Shown here one piece after another: positions 1 through 12,731 of a stretch of DNA of 64,000 bases (its first letter is position 1; the number at the start of each line of letters is the position of its first letter). The translations under genes were made by a program, and so were the position numbers. Location: assembly GCA_905178155.1 (NCBI GenBank), contig CAJINV010000002.1, positions 6,490,476 through 6,554,475 on the forward strand, given 5' to 3'. Source of the stretch: Amoebophrya sp. A120 (Eukaryota; Protista; Dinoflagellata). The notes under the pieces are model-generated. The model did not search any database and was not told where the DNA came from. It saw only the letters and a list, made by a program, of their open reading frames with translations.

Positions 1-45
1 GTTCTGCATCACAGATTTACACTTACACAGTTTTTTTCATGCATA
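1..45. mobile_element. Probable right end of a TAT...ATA element, truncated by the window edge
   Basis: Ends ...TTTTTTTCATGCATA (reverse complement TAT-N7-AAAAA) and contains the GCATCACA motif found in the other elements. The frame of the downstream exon opens immediately after it (in-frame TAA at 44-46). Confidence 0.55.
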
Positions 46-46
46 A

Positions 47-3000
47 CAAGACCACGCCGGCGATGAAACCTACAGTTTGCACCAAGCCTGGCAGGAACTG
101 GAGGCCGCCGAAGACGGACCCGTCTGCGAAACGGAGGTGTTGGGGCTTGTTTCCACTGGTCCTTGCGACCACGCCGGCTTCCACATTGAAGGGCTGGACA
201 ACGATGGAGAGGAAAATGCCGCGACCACTCCAGGAGCAAGAGGATCGAAAGTTGTTTCGCAGCAAACCACGACACCGAAAACGAAAGGCAGAGCGAGCCC
301 TGGTGGAGCTGCCGGGGGTAAAAAGACCAAAAAAGAGAAGCGGAAAATGAAGAAGGAAAGTTTACTCCAGGCCGGTGCAGCAGCAGACGATGATGTCGAA
401 TTGACAGGCACTGCGGCGTCCTCCGGTTCCGGTTGTGCAACAACTAAAAATTTGGATTTTTTTCCAACCGGTTGTAGTAAGCGCTTTTCGACGTCGTCTT
501 GTCAAGAAGAAGGTCAGGACGTTGACCTCCACGAGGAACAATCGCTCCAGGAAGCAATAAGGTTGCGGCCTGGTCGGCAGAAGGACACGGTCCGAGCAGT
601 GAAACGCGTGATCGAAGAGGAGACGGCCGCGTTTTTGGACAACATCCAGGAAAGGGAGAAGCAGGCCACCAAGAATCTGGTCAGCGGCATGGCCGTGCTG
701 GAGCTCGCTATTCGCCGCCCTGATTTCTCCTTTCTGGTTAACGCAGAATTTGCGAATACAACCGCAGATGATGGAACAAACGGAAACACAAATGACAATA
801 AGGCAGGAGGAACATCTTCAGATGCGAATGCCACAGCAGGTCCAAAAGTTGACTTGATCGCGCAACTCGGGACGAAGTTGGAATTTTACACGACCTACCA
901 CAAGAGTTTAGAAACGGTGTTGGAAGTGTGCCGCGCGTTTTCGAAGAATAAACAATCGGCGGAGAAGAAGGATTTGTGCTTTCAAACGTACAAGAAGCAC
1001 ATGGAAAACTTCTTTTTTCCGGATCCCGTGGTTCTAGCAACGGGGGACAGAGCCGCGGTCGAGGCGGAGATGGAGCGGAAAATGCCGTTTTTGGAGCGGG
1101 GAATCACCGCTATAACGAATGATATAGAGAAGAAGTTCGGGAGACTGCTTTTGCAGCAGATGGTAACATATGGATTGTAAAAATGTCTGGGTCTGGAAGA
1201 ATGCAAGATTTGTGATGCAGGTTTTTTATGACCCATGAGGTCTGGAATGCGAGACCCAGCATGACAGATTCTTTGAGGTCTTTATCATGCCTTTCCTGCA
1301 TGAGAGACTCCCTCTCAACTTGGTCAAAAGCGAACAGCTTTTGGTACTCACGCAACACAGATTTTTGCATCATTCAGATTTAGCATCACAAGTTCTAATC
1401 TTCCAGACCCAGACACTTTTACACTTGATATAACATCCGGCTCGGTGCCGGACGCCGTTGCCGCCCTCTACCACGAACTGAAACAGAGCGCCACGAACGC
1501 GGTCGCCGGGGAGATGAAGAATGTCTCAGCTCCCGAAAAATGCGGTCGTGCAACGGATCTTTCGAATAAAACTACGGATAGTGCGCCGGGGGAAGAAAAC
1601 TACGCCGAAAGGACCGCTTCATCTGGTAGTTCTGGAAGTAGTGCGAGCTTTTCTACTGCTGCTCGTCAACAAGATGGGGAGTCAGAAGGTGCTGCTGCTG
1701 GTGTTGTATCGGCAAACAAGCAAGGGGACGACAGCGGGGTACGACTTGGGTTGCAGTACACGGCCAAGGAGTTGGTTAGTCGGATGGACAATTTGGTCGA
1801 GCAGAACCGAGCTTCTGCGTCACAGCAGGTTCATCAATGTGCAGCGCAACACCACCCGGACCCCTTGCTGGATTTGAACATCATGCAAAACGTCCTCTCC
1901 CGGATGGAAAAGCACGCGAGAGACAAAGCGAAGCAGCGACAGAGCAAGCACGCCCACCTGCGCGACAAGAAACAAGTGAAGCAGCAGCGGCAACACGACC
2001 AGGAGTTGCAAAAGTGGGAGATTGCCGCCAAGATCGCCTCCGGCAACCAGGAGTGCTTGTTCGGTTGGCACGACATCTGCACGAACTTTTACATGGACAG
2101 TTTGGGCGGCTGCAACGTGAATTTGGAGTTTTTGCTCCGCCGGCTCTTACCCTACAACATCAAAACGACGCAAACCGTGTCCACCATGCACCTGAACGCG
2201 ATCAAAAACAACCTCGTCACCCTCGCCACCGGGCAGCCGCCGTTGAAAAAGAAGTTGCTCATCGACTGTGACCGAACGACGGGGCGAATCGCGAGACGGG
2301 AGGTGTTCGAACCCTCTAAAACCTTCGCGATCGTAGATAGCACGATCAAGCAGCTGAAGCATCTGAAGGCCTTTCAGTTTCTGAAGCAGCTGTTCAAGAT
2401 GCTGCTAACGTGGCTCGCGGATACGAACAAGTACTTGGACGGTATGCGGGAGGTGGTGAAGGCGATCGGGCTACCCACCAAGCAGAAGACGGGAGAGTAC
2501 GTATCATGTGTAAAAACGTCCCCACCCCATAGCCAAGTTGGGAACTTAGCAACACAAACCCAGAAGCTTTGGGAGCAACGCATGACAAATTCCAGTTCGT
2601 AGTGTAGTGCAGTTTAGCAAGTGCAGTCGCATCACGAATCCGTCTGCTCATCCCGTTTACAGCATTACAAATTCCAAAACGCGATTGGAAATGCCTCTCA
2701 TGGAGATGCGCGTTACAAATTTTCCTGTAATCGTAAATCTGCATGACAGCTATGGGGTGGGGACGTTTTTGCTCAGGAGAGTACGTGACCGGCGTGATTC
2801 CCGGGTCGCCGGAAGACATGCGGTTGAAGCAACTTGGGTTCAAGCACCCCACGAACGCAAACCTGTACACCCCCATCGACCACGAAAAGTCCAAGGTGGG
2901 GTTATTACAGTGAAAAATGCCCCCACCCCGAACTTGGCAGCATTTGTATTGCAAACCTTTCCAATGGAAACATTCCCCGTCTTGCATCTATCAGCATCAC

Positions 3001-4922
3001 AAATTTGCCATGCTGAATAGCTCGAATTTGTGTTGCAAAGGATCCCAACAGCAGCCGGATCTGTTATGCAAAAGATACCTTGCGCAGCTAGATTCTGCAT
3101 CAGAGAAGCTCGTAGTCCTTTCATGCAAGACAAAGAGCTTTCATTTGGAAACTTTGCATGAGAAACTCTTGCAAATTCCGGGCTGGGGGCATTTTTCAGT
3201 GCAATAGGGGTTGGATTTCGTCTCCTGCATGAAGCAGTTGATCGACGAGAACCCGTATCAAATGCAAATATGTCTGGGTCTGGAAGGATGCAACTTGTGA
3301 TGCTGTCTTTGCATTCTACCAAAATCTGTATTGTGTGAGCAGCAAGAGGAGTTCAGGTTTTGCTACGCGGAGGGCTAATTTCTCATGCGGTATAGTCATC
3401 AGGGTGCGCTTACAATATCTGTGATGCTGGGGCATGCATCACAGGCATCTTGGATCATGCAGATTGTGCATGAGAAGTCTTGCAATCTCCCAGACCCAGA
3501 CATATTTGCAATGCATAACCCGTTTGAACAGGCCATGAAACTGTTCGGGCTGGCCACGGAGATCGAAACGCTCGATTGGAATAGAATGTTGTCACCCGGA
3601 GGCGACGAGGAGTATAATGCGGAGAATATTAACAGTAGTTCTCTCGCCGATGATGCCTTCATCTCGGAAGAGATCGAGGACGAAGCGGAAAATAGTTGTA
3701 CTCCTGCAGCAGGGTCTGGGTCCTCTTCATTTTCCCCGGGAGCAGAAGGTGACGAAAACGGTGTGAAGGTGAAGCACCGCAGGGTCCGGATCCAATTTGA
3801 CGAGGAGAAAATGAGGCAGTTCAAGGCGAAACAGGTAAACGCGTTTTTGTCGATTGTGGAGAGGCTGGACTGGTACCGAATTAGCCACGCCGAGAAACAA
3901 CTGGAAGAGGACAATAAAGCGAGGGTGATGAAAATGAATGCTGGCGCAGCTTCTACTCCACAAAGTCGTGGGGTTGACCAGCACTCGGGAAAGGACAGCA
4001 GCGTTGGTGGAAAAAACAAAAAGAAGAGCTGCAATAATTCCACCGCGCCAAATGGAACAAGTAGTGCTGATCTGAAAAATATGTTCGACCCTTCTTCCAC
4101 TAGCGGCGGGCCGCAGCACCTGCTCCCAGCAACGCCCACCGCTGCTGCTGCGGCTGCGCAAAGCAGGGGCCACGTTGCGCCTCGGCGCGTCAGTGCGGGA
4201 CGGAAGTGCCTGGCCCTGGTGCCGCACTCTTACGTCGGTTTGCACGATGAGCTCAGCGCCGTGTCAGATCTGACGGGGATGGGGGGACGGGTGCAGAAGC
4301 AGGAAAAAGCAGAGGAACAAAGACAAAGAGATGAAAGTGCTGGAGCTGGTGCACATCAGGATAAAAACTTTTCAATGGAACCAGGACAACAATCTTTCAC
4401 AAGAGAAACGACGCCGGGCGATCATGATCAAGATCAAAATGAAATGGAGGACATCGAGAGGGAGATCAGGGAGAGGGAAGAGGAAATTCGGCAGCGATAC
4501 CCCGACCCGATGGACGACGTGGATTTTATGGCGTTCTCAAACGTTACATTCTCAACTGTTGCATGAATTCGTCATGCAAAAATACCTTAAGCCGGCAGAT
4601 GATCGAGCTGCTTCGCATGACAAATTTCGGAAGGGCTAGACAGCATCTAGATCTGCGCCAAACTTGTGATGCAAAAGGCGCAATCTTCTTCCTTTCACGT
4701 TTGCCAGTCTTGCATCACCCAGTTGAGAGTGTAACATTTGAGAACTCCATAGATTTGGATTTTTTCATCGGGACTACGGAATTCAAGAGCCCGGACACGG
4801 GCCATTGGTTCTTCCGCACGGAAGCGGGACGGCATTTCATGGTGCCGGAAGGCCGGTTATTCGAGATGGTGGAACAACCGGAAGAGGGAGGAGCCGGGCC
4901 GGGGGCGGAACGGAGTCCATGA
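47..4922 (+). CDS. 5'-partial hypothetical protein (~1,170 aa in window) split by five TIR/TSD elements; exons 47-1168, 1436-2501, 2786-2902, 3212-3255, 3523-4526, 4757-4922
   Basis: ORFs 77..1180, 1445..2602, 3385..4566 and 4563..4922 join in one frame after removing each element + one TSD (QMVT|SGSV, GEY|VTGV, KVG|LDFV, ENP|FEQA, DVD|LDFF). No domain recognised. Confidence 0.8.
1169..1430. mobile_element. Introner-like element, family A (262 bp), TSD TAACA
   Basis: TIR TATGGATTGTAAAAATGTCTGGGTCTGGAAGA / TCTTCCAGACCCAGACACTTTTACACTTGATA; TAACA at 1164-1168 and 1431-1435. Confidence 0.93.
2502..2780. mobile_element. Introner-like element, family B (279 bp), TSD GTACG
   Basis: TIR TATCATGTGTAAAAACGTCCCCACCCCATAGC / GCTATGGGGTGGGGACGTTTTTGCTCAGGAGA; GTACG at 2497-2501 and 2781-2785. 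Confidence 0.9.
2903..3206. mobile_element. Introner-like element, family B' (304 bp), TSD GGGGT
   Basis: TIR TATTACAGTGAAAAATGCCCCCA / TGGGGGCATTTTTCAGTGCAATA; GGGGT at 2898-2902 and 3207-3211. Confidence 0.9.
3256..3517. mobile_element. Introner-like element, family A (262 bp), interior inverted relative to 1169-1430, TSD ACCCG
   Basis: TATCAAATGCAAATATGTCTGGGTCTGG / CCAGACCCAGACATATTTGCAATGCATA; ACCCG at 3251-3255 and 3518-3522. Confidence 0.93.
4527..4751. mobile_element. Introner-like element, family C (225 bp), TSD GATTT
   Basis: TATGGCGTTCTCAAACGTTACATTCTCAACTG / CAGTTGAGAGTGTAACATTTGAGAACTCCATA; GATTT at 4522-4526 and 4752-4756. Confidence 0.9.
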
Positions 4923-5576
4923 GAGGGTGAAGGTGTTGCATTCTCCCAATGTGTAAGAAAGCAGAAAGTTGTATCACGTCAGGCTTAAGTGGCGCCATAT
5001 GTTGTACCTATTAATACACCACTTTATCCTCCACCCGTGAGTGCGATATTCAAATCAGAATGAGTATCAGCCTTATGCCGTAATACCGTTGCATAACGCC
5101 GCGAATTTTAGGCCGCAACCGTATAATATGCACCGTTTGATTTTTTACTGTATGTCTATAGTCGATAAGGACAACTTCAACTGGGCGCTGTGAGCTTGAG
5201 ATGACGGATAAATACGGTGCCAAACCAGTATTCGTTGATTTAGTACTTGCAGACCGCATTTCTTGCACGTGGACTCGAGAATTTCACTTCTATTGCTACT
5301 TGGAGTCGATTCAGTTTCGTCGGAATCACTCCCTGTTTGTACTCCTATTCTTGTATTGATCTCGTTTTGCAAGTGTTCGAGGAACAAGAAAATTGCATCC
5401 CTACCCAGTGCTCTTTCAATGGTATGGCTTCGTGCGTTTCGTGGAACCGCTCTGGCTCCTGCAGATCGTGGTCAAGAGCGAGGGCCAGTCTGTGAACTTG
5501 ATGAACTGCTTCCGCCTGAACGTGAGTTTTTCCAAAAGTAAGGACCAAGCTCATTTTCTTCGGTCAACATTTTCCG

Positions 5577-6200
5577 ATGATGGCACTCACCCGTGGTCAT
5601 CGCCTAACAGGGTTCTGCTCAAACGTGTTGTACGCAATGCCGCCTGCAGCTTCCTCTTCTTCCCGAGGAAGCAGGCACTTTTGCTTCACAGCGTCACAAC
5701 TTCCTCGAGGAAAAGGTGGCCCGGTGGAGCATACTTTTGCCTCGGGCGTCATAGTAGACACGACGAATTCTCCTGCCGCGCTAGAGAAGGACGGCAGCTC
5801 TGGAAGTACGCTGGCCAACCGCCCCGCGCATCCGTCTTCCGATTCTTGTGAGGAGCGACGGGACTACACCGACGTGGCCCATTCGCGGTCAGCAACCACA
5901 AGAATCGCCCCGCTCCAACCCCAACATCTTCGTGGCACAACCGTAGTACCAGCAGCCGTCGACCCCCCACCGGTCCGCGTGCAGTGGAAGATATCCGCTT
6001 ATTGCCCTGATTGCGGAAAAAATACGGAGAAGGACCAGGTGTCTGTCATGCGCAAGTTCTGTCCCACCATGTGGCGAAAATACATGTTCGTGGACGATCG
6101 GCACTGTCCCCTGTTTCTAGCAGCCAAAGTGAAGGACGATTTGATTGAATCCACGGAAACGGGGTGGAAAGACATGCCAAGGATAAAGGGACGCAGCTAG
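5577..6200 (+). CDS. Hypothetical protein with Cys-containing C-terminus (CPDCG...C...HC); start uncertain
   Basis: 207-aa ORF; the 3' half looks protein-like; no family recognised. Confidence 0.35.
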   Translation: MMALTRGHRLTGFCSNVLYAMPPAASSSSRGSRHFCFTASQLPRGKGGPVEHTFASGVIVDTTNSPAALEKDGSSGSTLANRPAHPSSDSCEERRDYTDVAHSRSATTRIAPLQPQHLRGTTVVPAAVDPPPVRVQWKISAYCPDCGKNTEKDQVSVMRKFCPTMWRKYMFVDDRHCPLFLAAKVKDDLIESTETGWKDMPRIKGRS

Positions 6201-6715
6201 TACTAGTAATGCTAGAATGGCTTTAAAAATGCACCACACTCCATCGGTATATCCAAAAGCAAAAACAAGTTAAAGCAGTAGATTCGGGTGCAGAGCAGTT
6301 TGATCGGAAATATACCGATGAACAGCTCCCCATTCTTTCCCGCTAGCTTGCTGGCGACTACAGTTCTTGATCATGACGAAGATTGTAGAGCAGTTCTGTA
6401 CATCGATCTGTAAAAAGTCTCCTTTTTGGAAGATGCATATGTTCTTCGGTATCCAAGCCGCGTTCGGTCGTTCGAAAGACAAGCCAAAGATACCGCCGAT
6501 CAGTACTTCGATCACCCTCTTTGCTTTTGTCGGAGGTCTCGAGGAGTAGATGACTTTATCTCCAGTAGACACCAGGTCTGCAACACTGATGTAGATTACT
6601 TGCTCCCTAAGTACTCGAACTGAACTCTATAAAATCTCTCGAGGCATACCTTCCTTCCACTGCCACACTTGTCATTGCGCTTCGATCATATTCAAGAACA
6701 TATAGATTTATCATC

Positions 6716-7156
6716 ATGAGCGCCACCTCCGGTCGGCAAGATGGCGGCCCGATGGCACAAGCGTCTTCTGGTCTGAGTGCGACAGCTGTCACCCCCGATC
6801 TTCAAGCTGCCATCCAATCGCTCTCCGCCGACGGCTCTGCCTGGGTTACGATAACACTAGCGCAGAACAAGACTCCAGAACTTGTCGGTTCCTCCGCAAC
6901 CGCCGGCAGCAGTCCAACGAAGGAGTCACTACTCGACGCTGTTGCTGATGACAAAATAACGTTTGGGTGTTTCCGAGCGAGTAGCGGGAAACTGTATGGT
7001 TTTGTATGTGTGGGGGACAGCGCTCCCGGTATGGCCAAAGCGAAGCAGATGATGCACAAGAACGCGGTCATGAACCTCTTTGAGGGGAAGCACGGAGAAA
7101 TACATGTGGAAGGCGTTTCGGAGTTTAAACAGGAAGTGGACAAAGTTTGGCCATGA
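6716..7156 (+). CDS. ADF-H domain protein, coactosin-like actin-binding protein
   Basis: 146 aa; W-V...DDKITFGCFR...K-x-x-FV-x-VGDS-x-x-GMAKAK...HKNAV pattern resembles coactosin/ADF-H domains. Confidence 0.6.
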   Translation: MSATSGRQDGGPMAQASSGLSATAVTPDLQAAIQSLSADGSAWVTITLAQNKTPELVGSSATAGSSPTKESLLDAVADDKITFGCFRASSGKLYGFVCVGDSAPGMAKAKQMMHKNAVMNLFEGKHGEIHVEGVSEFKQEVDKVWP

Positions 7157-7647
7157 ATCATCAGAGTTTGTCGATCAAGACCGCGAACTGGAACATGCTT
7201 TCAAAAAGACAGAATCATGCAACGAGTATAAATTCGTACACATAAAAGACAAACCTGCGCTCGGCAAAAATGAACGAAGCAAAATGATCACACATACTTC
7301 TTCTTTTTCAGTGCCAGATTTTACCACGGTGACTGCACTGCAGCTGTGAAGGCCACGGAAAATAAATTAGCAACATGATCCACAGTGGGGGCTGTGTTCG
7401 ACGCCTGATCCTGTAATTTCTTCGGTAGGTTGATCTCGTACGTGCAATCGCAATGCGGTTCGGGTCTCACTAAGGCCGAGGGAAGCGACGTTTCTGATCC
7501 AGACATGACTCCTTCCTTTTGTCATGTTCCCTTTTCGTTGCAGAAAAACGAGCCGGCGACCTTTGTTTGAGATTGTCTTGCCCCTTTCGACGGGGACGGT
7601 TTCTTTCCATCCTGCTCGTTTGCTGCCTTGTTTCATTCGTGGACAAA

Positions 7648-10600
7648 ATGAAAATGCGTGAGCTGCACCGAGCTCGGGGGCCAAGAGGCTCCGTCCTCGC
7701 CGTTTCTTTGCTTCTTTTCACGAGTGCCGCCGTTGGAACAAAATTAAGGCTGCAGCTGCACCGGGCAGAAGTGCCACAACCACATCCACACCCACCTCGG
7801 GACGTCGAATCGGTAAAAATATCTCCCGCGCACCAAGCACTAAACGGCTACCTCGCTCCCGCCACGGAACAAGTTGTTGACTTGCAACCCTCGGCACCGC
7901 CGATCTCGGCTCTGGAGCGAGATGAAGATCCTGTAGGACTGCAGCAAAGGGATGACTTTTTCCTTCAGCCGGAAACGGAAGAAAGCAGGCGGGGGGAACA
8001 AGAACATCTTGTTCAACAAGTGCCACAGAGTTACGGCGATTCTGGCAACTACGTCGGTTCACCAGGCGCTTATGTCGACCCGCCCTACAACCCGCTCGAA
8101 AGTACCAGCTGTCCTGCACAGCCTGCAGTCGCGCCCAGTCGAGTTGTTCCTGCGACTCCTGCAGGAACTCTGGCTCAGCAGGTCAATTCACCACTGGGAA
8201 CAATGCAAGCGCGTTCATCTTCTTCGCACCAGCAGAACAACGACCCCCAGAGCAACGATCCACAGGAACATCCGGACTACAGTCTGAACGAACAGCAGCT
8301 GATCCAGGCCTTGACCTCCTTTTTTCAGGGCGAGCTCGACCCGATTTCCCTGGCCGAGCAAATAACCCGCGTCGCCGATTACGACGGGGGGATATCTGCC
8401 ACGATGTTGGCCATGCAAGTGGTCGGAAGTTCGTCGGGCGCCGGTTTGTTCGCGAATTCGGTTGAAGTCGGCAGCACTTCAAATAGTGCGAGCAAAACTT
8501 CTGCGGTTTCTGCAGCTCCTGGGAGGACTATTTGGGACGCCGTTTTGGAGCTGGATCAGCAAACTGAGGAGGAGACTGCCAACGCAGGTGTCGTGCCTTC
8601 TTCCAGCCGTGCGGACGAAACGCAGCAGCACCAGCAGCAGGTACATCCAGTGTCCGTCAGTGTGGGTATGCCCTACCGTAACTACGAAAATGCTGGGAAC
8701 TGTGGCCGGGTGGTGGAGGCTACTAGCTTCCAGGCGTCGCCAGTAGCGGCAATGCCCACGACAGCGCAGTCCAGCGGAGGCAGTAGGGGACACAAACACC
8801 TTTCCTGCCGGGAAAAAAGAGAACAGCGCCGGGAGATGAAGTCTTGCATTCACAGGGGAACACACTATGAATCTGGTATCGGGTCAAAATCACCCGGCGC
8901 GCAAGGAACTACAGGAAAAAAGTCGGTCGCGGCCCCTCCGCAAACGGCAGTGACGTCGTTCCTTTTGCCGGTTGAGGAAGATGTGGACATACAGTACACG
9001 CCGGCCTACCTTCCGCCACCTCTTGCGAACACTAGCGCGCAACCAAGCCTCGCGCAGGCGTATGGGGTGGCTGCTACGGCACCAGCTTTTGGCGTGACGA
9101 GCCAACAGCTCTCCCTGTTACAGCACGATTACAGCACAGCGAAAAGTGGGTCTCTGCGGTGGGCGCGGCTCATGAGCGAACTCGGACAGACGCCACTACA
9201 CGTCAGGACGGTGTTTGACATACTCGACAAAACGAGTACCGGCTCCTCTTCTAACCTTGCTGCCTCCACACACCACTCCTACTTCGACCTGGAGAACTCG
9301 CTTCGGACACTGAAAAAGTGTGCGAATTTTGAAAGAGACGCGAGTCTAAGTTACCGGGTCAAGAAACTGTTCGACGTGAATGGATCTTCGGCGTGTAGTG
9401 CTGGGGGGAACTCGTCGTCTTCCCCCTCTGGTGCCACAAGTAAAAACAAGTCCTGGAACCAGCTGCAGATGCACACGAACGGGTTGTTTCTGACTACAGG
9501 AGATGCTGGAAAGACATGGATGGCCAGAAAGCGTAGCGCGCAGGCCAAGGCGCGTGAAATCCGCGAGCGGATTCGGAGTAGAATGGTGGGAGGCGGCAGA
9601 GGTCCGCGGGGCCCCTGCAAACCGGTGGGACAGGTTCCAGGGCCACCGCCTTTGAAGTTGGCGCCGGCCTATGTTCGCCCGGGGGCGGGGCCGGCTTCCT
9701 TGCGCTTGCCCGCCCGGGGCACAGCTCCCCCACCGGCCTTGTGAGTGTGCTTGGGTCGAGGTGGCGGCCGTTTCAACATTCCCCGTCGGCCCGGCCAGGT
9801 TCCGGGTGCGCCTGTATCCTAGGTTTCTTTTAGCCCGCGGCCGGCCCCGGGCTTCCGTGTGTGTTCCCGCACGGCTTCGCGGTATCGGGGCTCTGGTTGT
9901 TGATCGTCCCAGGGCCGGTTGTTTGTCCACCGGGCAAAAGCCAAGGCGCCGGCGAGCCATAGGCCCGCCCCGGCCTCTAGTTCAAAGCGCAGACACACAA
10001 GGCGGCGCGCGGGCTCACCGCGTCGCTTTCTCCCGGCCCGGGCCCTGGTTACGCTATTGCGCGCGGGCTGACGCGCGCGCGCAGGGGGGTTGCCCCGCCT
10101 TTTTGGACAGGCCGGCGCACTTTTTTTTGGGCCCCCCCGCTCGGCCTCCCGGCATATTGTGGTCGCTTGGCGATCAGCGTTGGCGCACGGCGGCGTGGCC
10201 AAGTGCTTTGGCCGGGTTTGCTCAGGGTCGGGAACATGGGGGAAGCCGTGGGGCCGCCACGCAGGAAGGGCAACGCATTTTGATACTAGCAAGGAGCAGG
10301 CTTTCCGCTGGTACGCCCTCCCGGGTAAGTCATTTGTGGCAACACGCGCCGCGCCCAAGGATATTGCCGCGGAATCCAGGCAGGGTGCTGGAAAGGGGCC
10401 ACGCGCAAGGGGGCGACGTTGCTAATTCACTGCCCTCCCACCGCGCCCGTAATCAAAAGCAAGGGCAGACAGCGGCGCCGGTTGCGGCCCGCTTCAACAT
10501 TGACTGCATGCCGGCGCGGCGGCGGCGCCGTCCGGCTGGGGCGCGTGTATTCTTTATCGCCAACAAGCTGGCGGGCCGCCAGCGAGCGCCTTCGGGCTGT

Positions 10601-11932
10601 GCCCGCGCACGTTCCTTCGTGCGGATTTTCGATGCTACCGCGAGGCATCGCGATGTTGCGTTTCTGGGTCCCAAGCACCAGAAAGCGCGATTTTAGCATG
10701 TTCCGCAGGGTTCCGTTTTTGTACTTTGTCCCACCATATCCTGGAACCAGCTGCAGATGCACACGAACGGATTGTTTCTGACTACAGATGCTGGAAAGAC
10801 AGATCGCCGGTGCGGGGGTAGGGCGCGGGCAGGTCTGTGTAGGACAAGAACATCAAGGGAGCAAGACCACAGCGCAGCTTCGCAGGACGACAGACTCCTG
10901 CCCACGACCAAGCCGGTGGTGGTGGAAATGTCGCTCTTTCGGGAGAAGGAAGGAGTTGGAGAGCAGCAATTGCTGTTTTCTTCAGTAGCAACATCTTCTC
11001 CGAGTAGCTCAGGCAGTTCAACCTCCGCGTCGACAAGCGCGTCAAGCGTTGCGTCCTCATGGAGTAGAGGTAGTGGCAGCTTTAGTTCAAGAACTTCTTC
11101 TAGCAGCAACCGAGGCAGCACGAGTAGTAGTTTTAGTGCTGCAGCCGGCAATTATATTCCAACGAGAATCGTGCATTCTCAAAGCGCGAATCCCGCCATT
11201 GTGCGGAATTCCTTCGCGGGACGGATTGTGCTACTACAGAAGGATGATTTTGTGAAGTTTTCCGCTACTCCACGCTTGCACGGAACAAGCGGGTTCGCAG
11301 ATTCTGCGTTGCATGGCGGAAATCCCTATCCCTTTCTGTTCAATCCGGAAGCACGAATTGAACAGGACCAAAAGTGTTTCCTATTCAAAAAGTGGTGGAA
11401 GAAATGGCGGCAACGGCAGCAACGTGGATCTGGGCGGCACTGCGGAAACCTGCTTGGGGAAAGTGATCGGGAGGAACTCGCGGAGGAGCGGAGGAGGAGC
11501 GCTGGTCGTGTGGAGGAACATGACATGCAGAGAACGAACTGTGCCGGCGCAACTACTGCATCTACTAGTACAGCGTCCGCGTCCACGATCTTTGCTAGTA
11601 CAGTGACAGCCGCTTCTTCTGCCACTGGTACAACAACTACCGGGGTGGGACAAGCAGCTTCGTTTGTTTCCGGACACAATCCACCTTCTCACGAACAGCT
11701 GCGGGAATCTGCGTCTACCCATGTTGAAATGGTCCCGTATGAATTCAACCGACTGTCGGAACTGCACTTGCAGATCGGGACGGGAATGTCGGCGACGCAC
11801 TGGAAATTTACGCGGCGGGTGCGCATGCAGAGCAGTCGTCCGGTGGTTACGGGAAATTATAACCCTGGTAGTTCAACATCTGGTTTCAGTCGGGGTGCGG
11901 ATGCTGCATTTGGGCCCGACGACTGCATCTAA
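7648..11932 (+). CDS. Hypothetical low-complexity protein with N-terminal hydrophobic segment, interrupted by a 1.2-kb GC-rich insert (9517-10738) flanked by a ~63-bp duplication
   Basis: ORFs 7519..9744 and 10757..11932 both encode SWNQLQMHTNGLFLTT(G)DAGKT and join in frame if the insert and one copy of the duplication are removed. Confidence 0.55.
9451..10801 (+). repeat. Direct repeat (9451-9516 and 10739-10801) bracketing a GC-rich insert
   Basis: TCCTGGAACCAGCTGCAGATGCACACGAACGG(G/A)TTGTTTCTGACTACA(GGA)GATGCTGGAAAGACA present twice. Confidence 0.9.
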
Positions 11933-12731
11933 AATCCCGGAAAGTTGAAGTTGTCGAATATGTGGACAAAACGAACAACGCCCTTCGAAGCATGGAGGGA
12001 CTTGAGATTGTCAAGCCATCGCCCTGGAAGATCTTTGTTGATCCTGGAGAATAAAGGGCAGGCCGCCTAATGTGTAAGTGTAGGATAATATAGAAGAAGA
12101 GTCGAATCCGAATGTATATGGCGAGGAACAATTTCTTGCTGGAAAATGCACGTGAAAGACCACAGGAGACCCAATTTATTAAGTTGTGCTGGAACAATAA
12201 ATGTACTGTGCTGCTTTTCTTCGAGGTAAGTGAATGAAAAAAACAAACATAAGAGGTAGAACTGCACATGCTGCCTCGGTCATCAACATAGTCTAGGTCT
12301 ACCGAGGTTTTTAGTAAAAGGCAACGCTGTGCCACCACCTAACTCTGTCTGTCCTGGTCTGCCTAAAATTCAAAGTCTAAGAATGTAAATTTTATCGCGC
12401 CATCGCGTAGTGGCCTTTCTGCATTCTCTGCCGGGCGTTTTGTTTTTTCCGCCTGATCATAATTCTGTGTTCTTCACAACTACGACCACGAGGGATGATT
12501 CTTAACTACGACCACGAGCGCGACTGAGAGCAGTACGGGGGACGGCGATCATGCGCATCAGGACTAAGTTTAGGATTTTGAAGAGAGGCCTTAAACCAGA
12601 AGAGCCTCACCATTCACGGTAAGCTGAGCGATTTTCTCGGCTACGCAGGACCCCATCAGCAAATACTTCAAAAGATAAAAGACCCAGCTCTAATATCCAT
12701 TGATACCTACTTACGCAGAATAAGGAAACGG

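Noticed and set aside
9671-10696. 341-aa Arg/Ala/Gly/Pro-rich ORF and overlapping ORFs
   Set aside because: Stop-poor GC-rich sequence open in several frames; no protein-like features.
12478-12518. 15-bp direct repeat AACTACGACCACGAG
   Set aside because: Only two copies 26 bp apart with no associated structure; simple local duplication.
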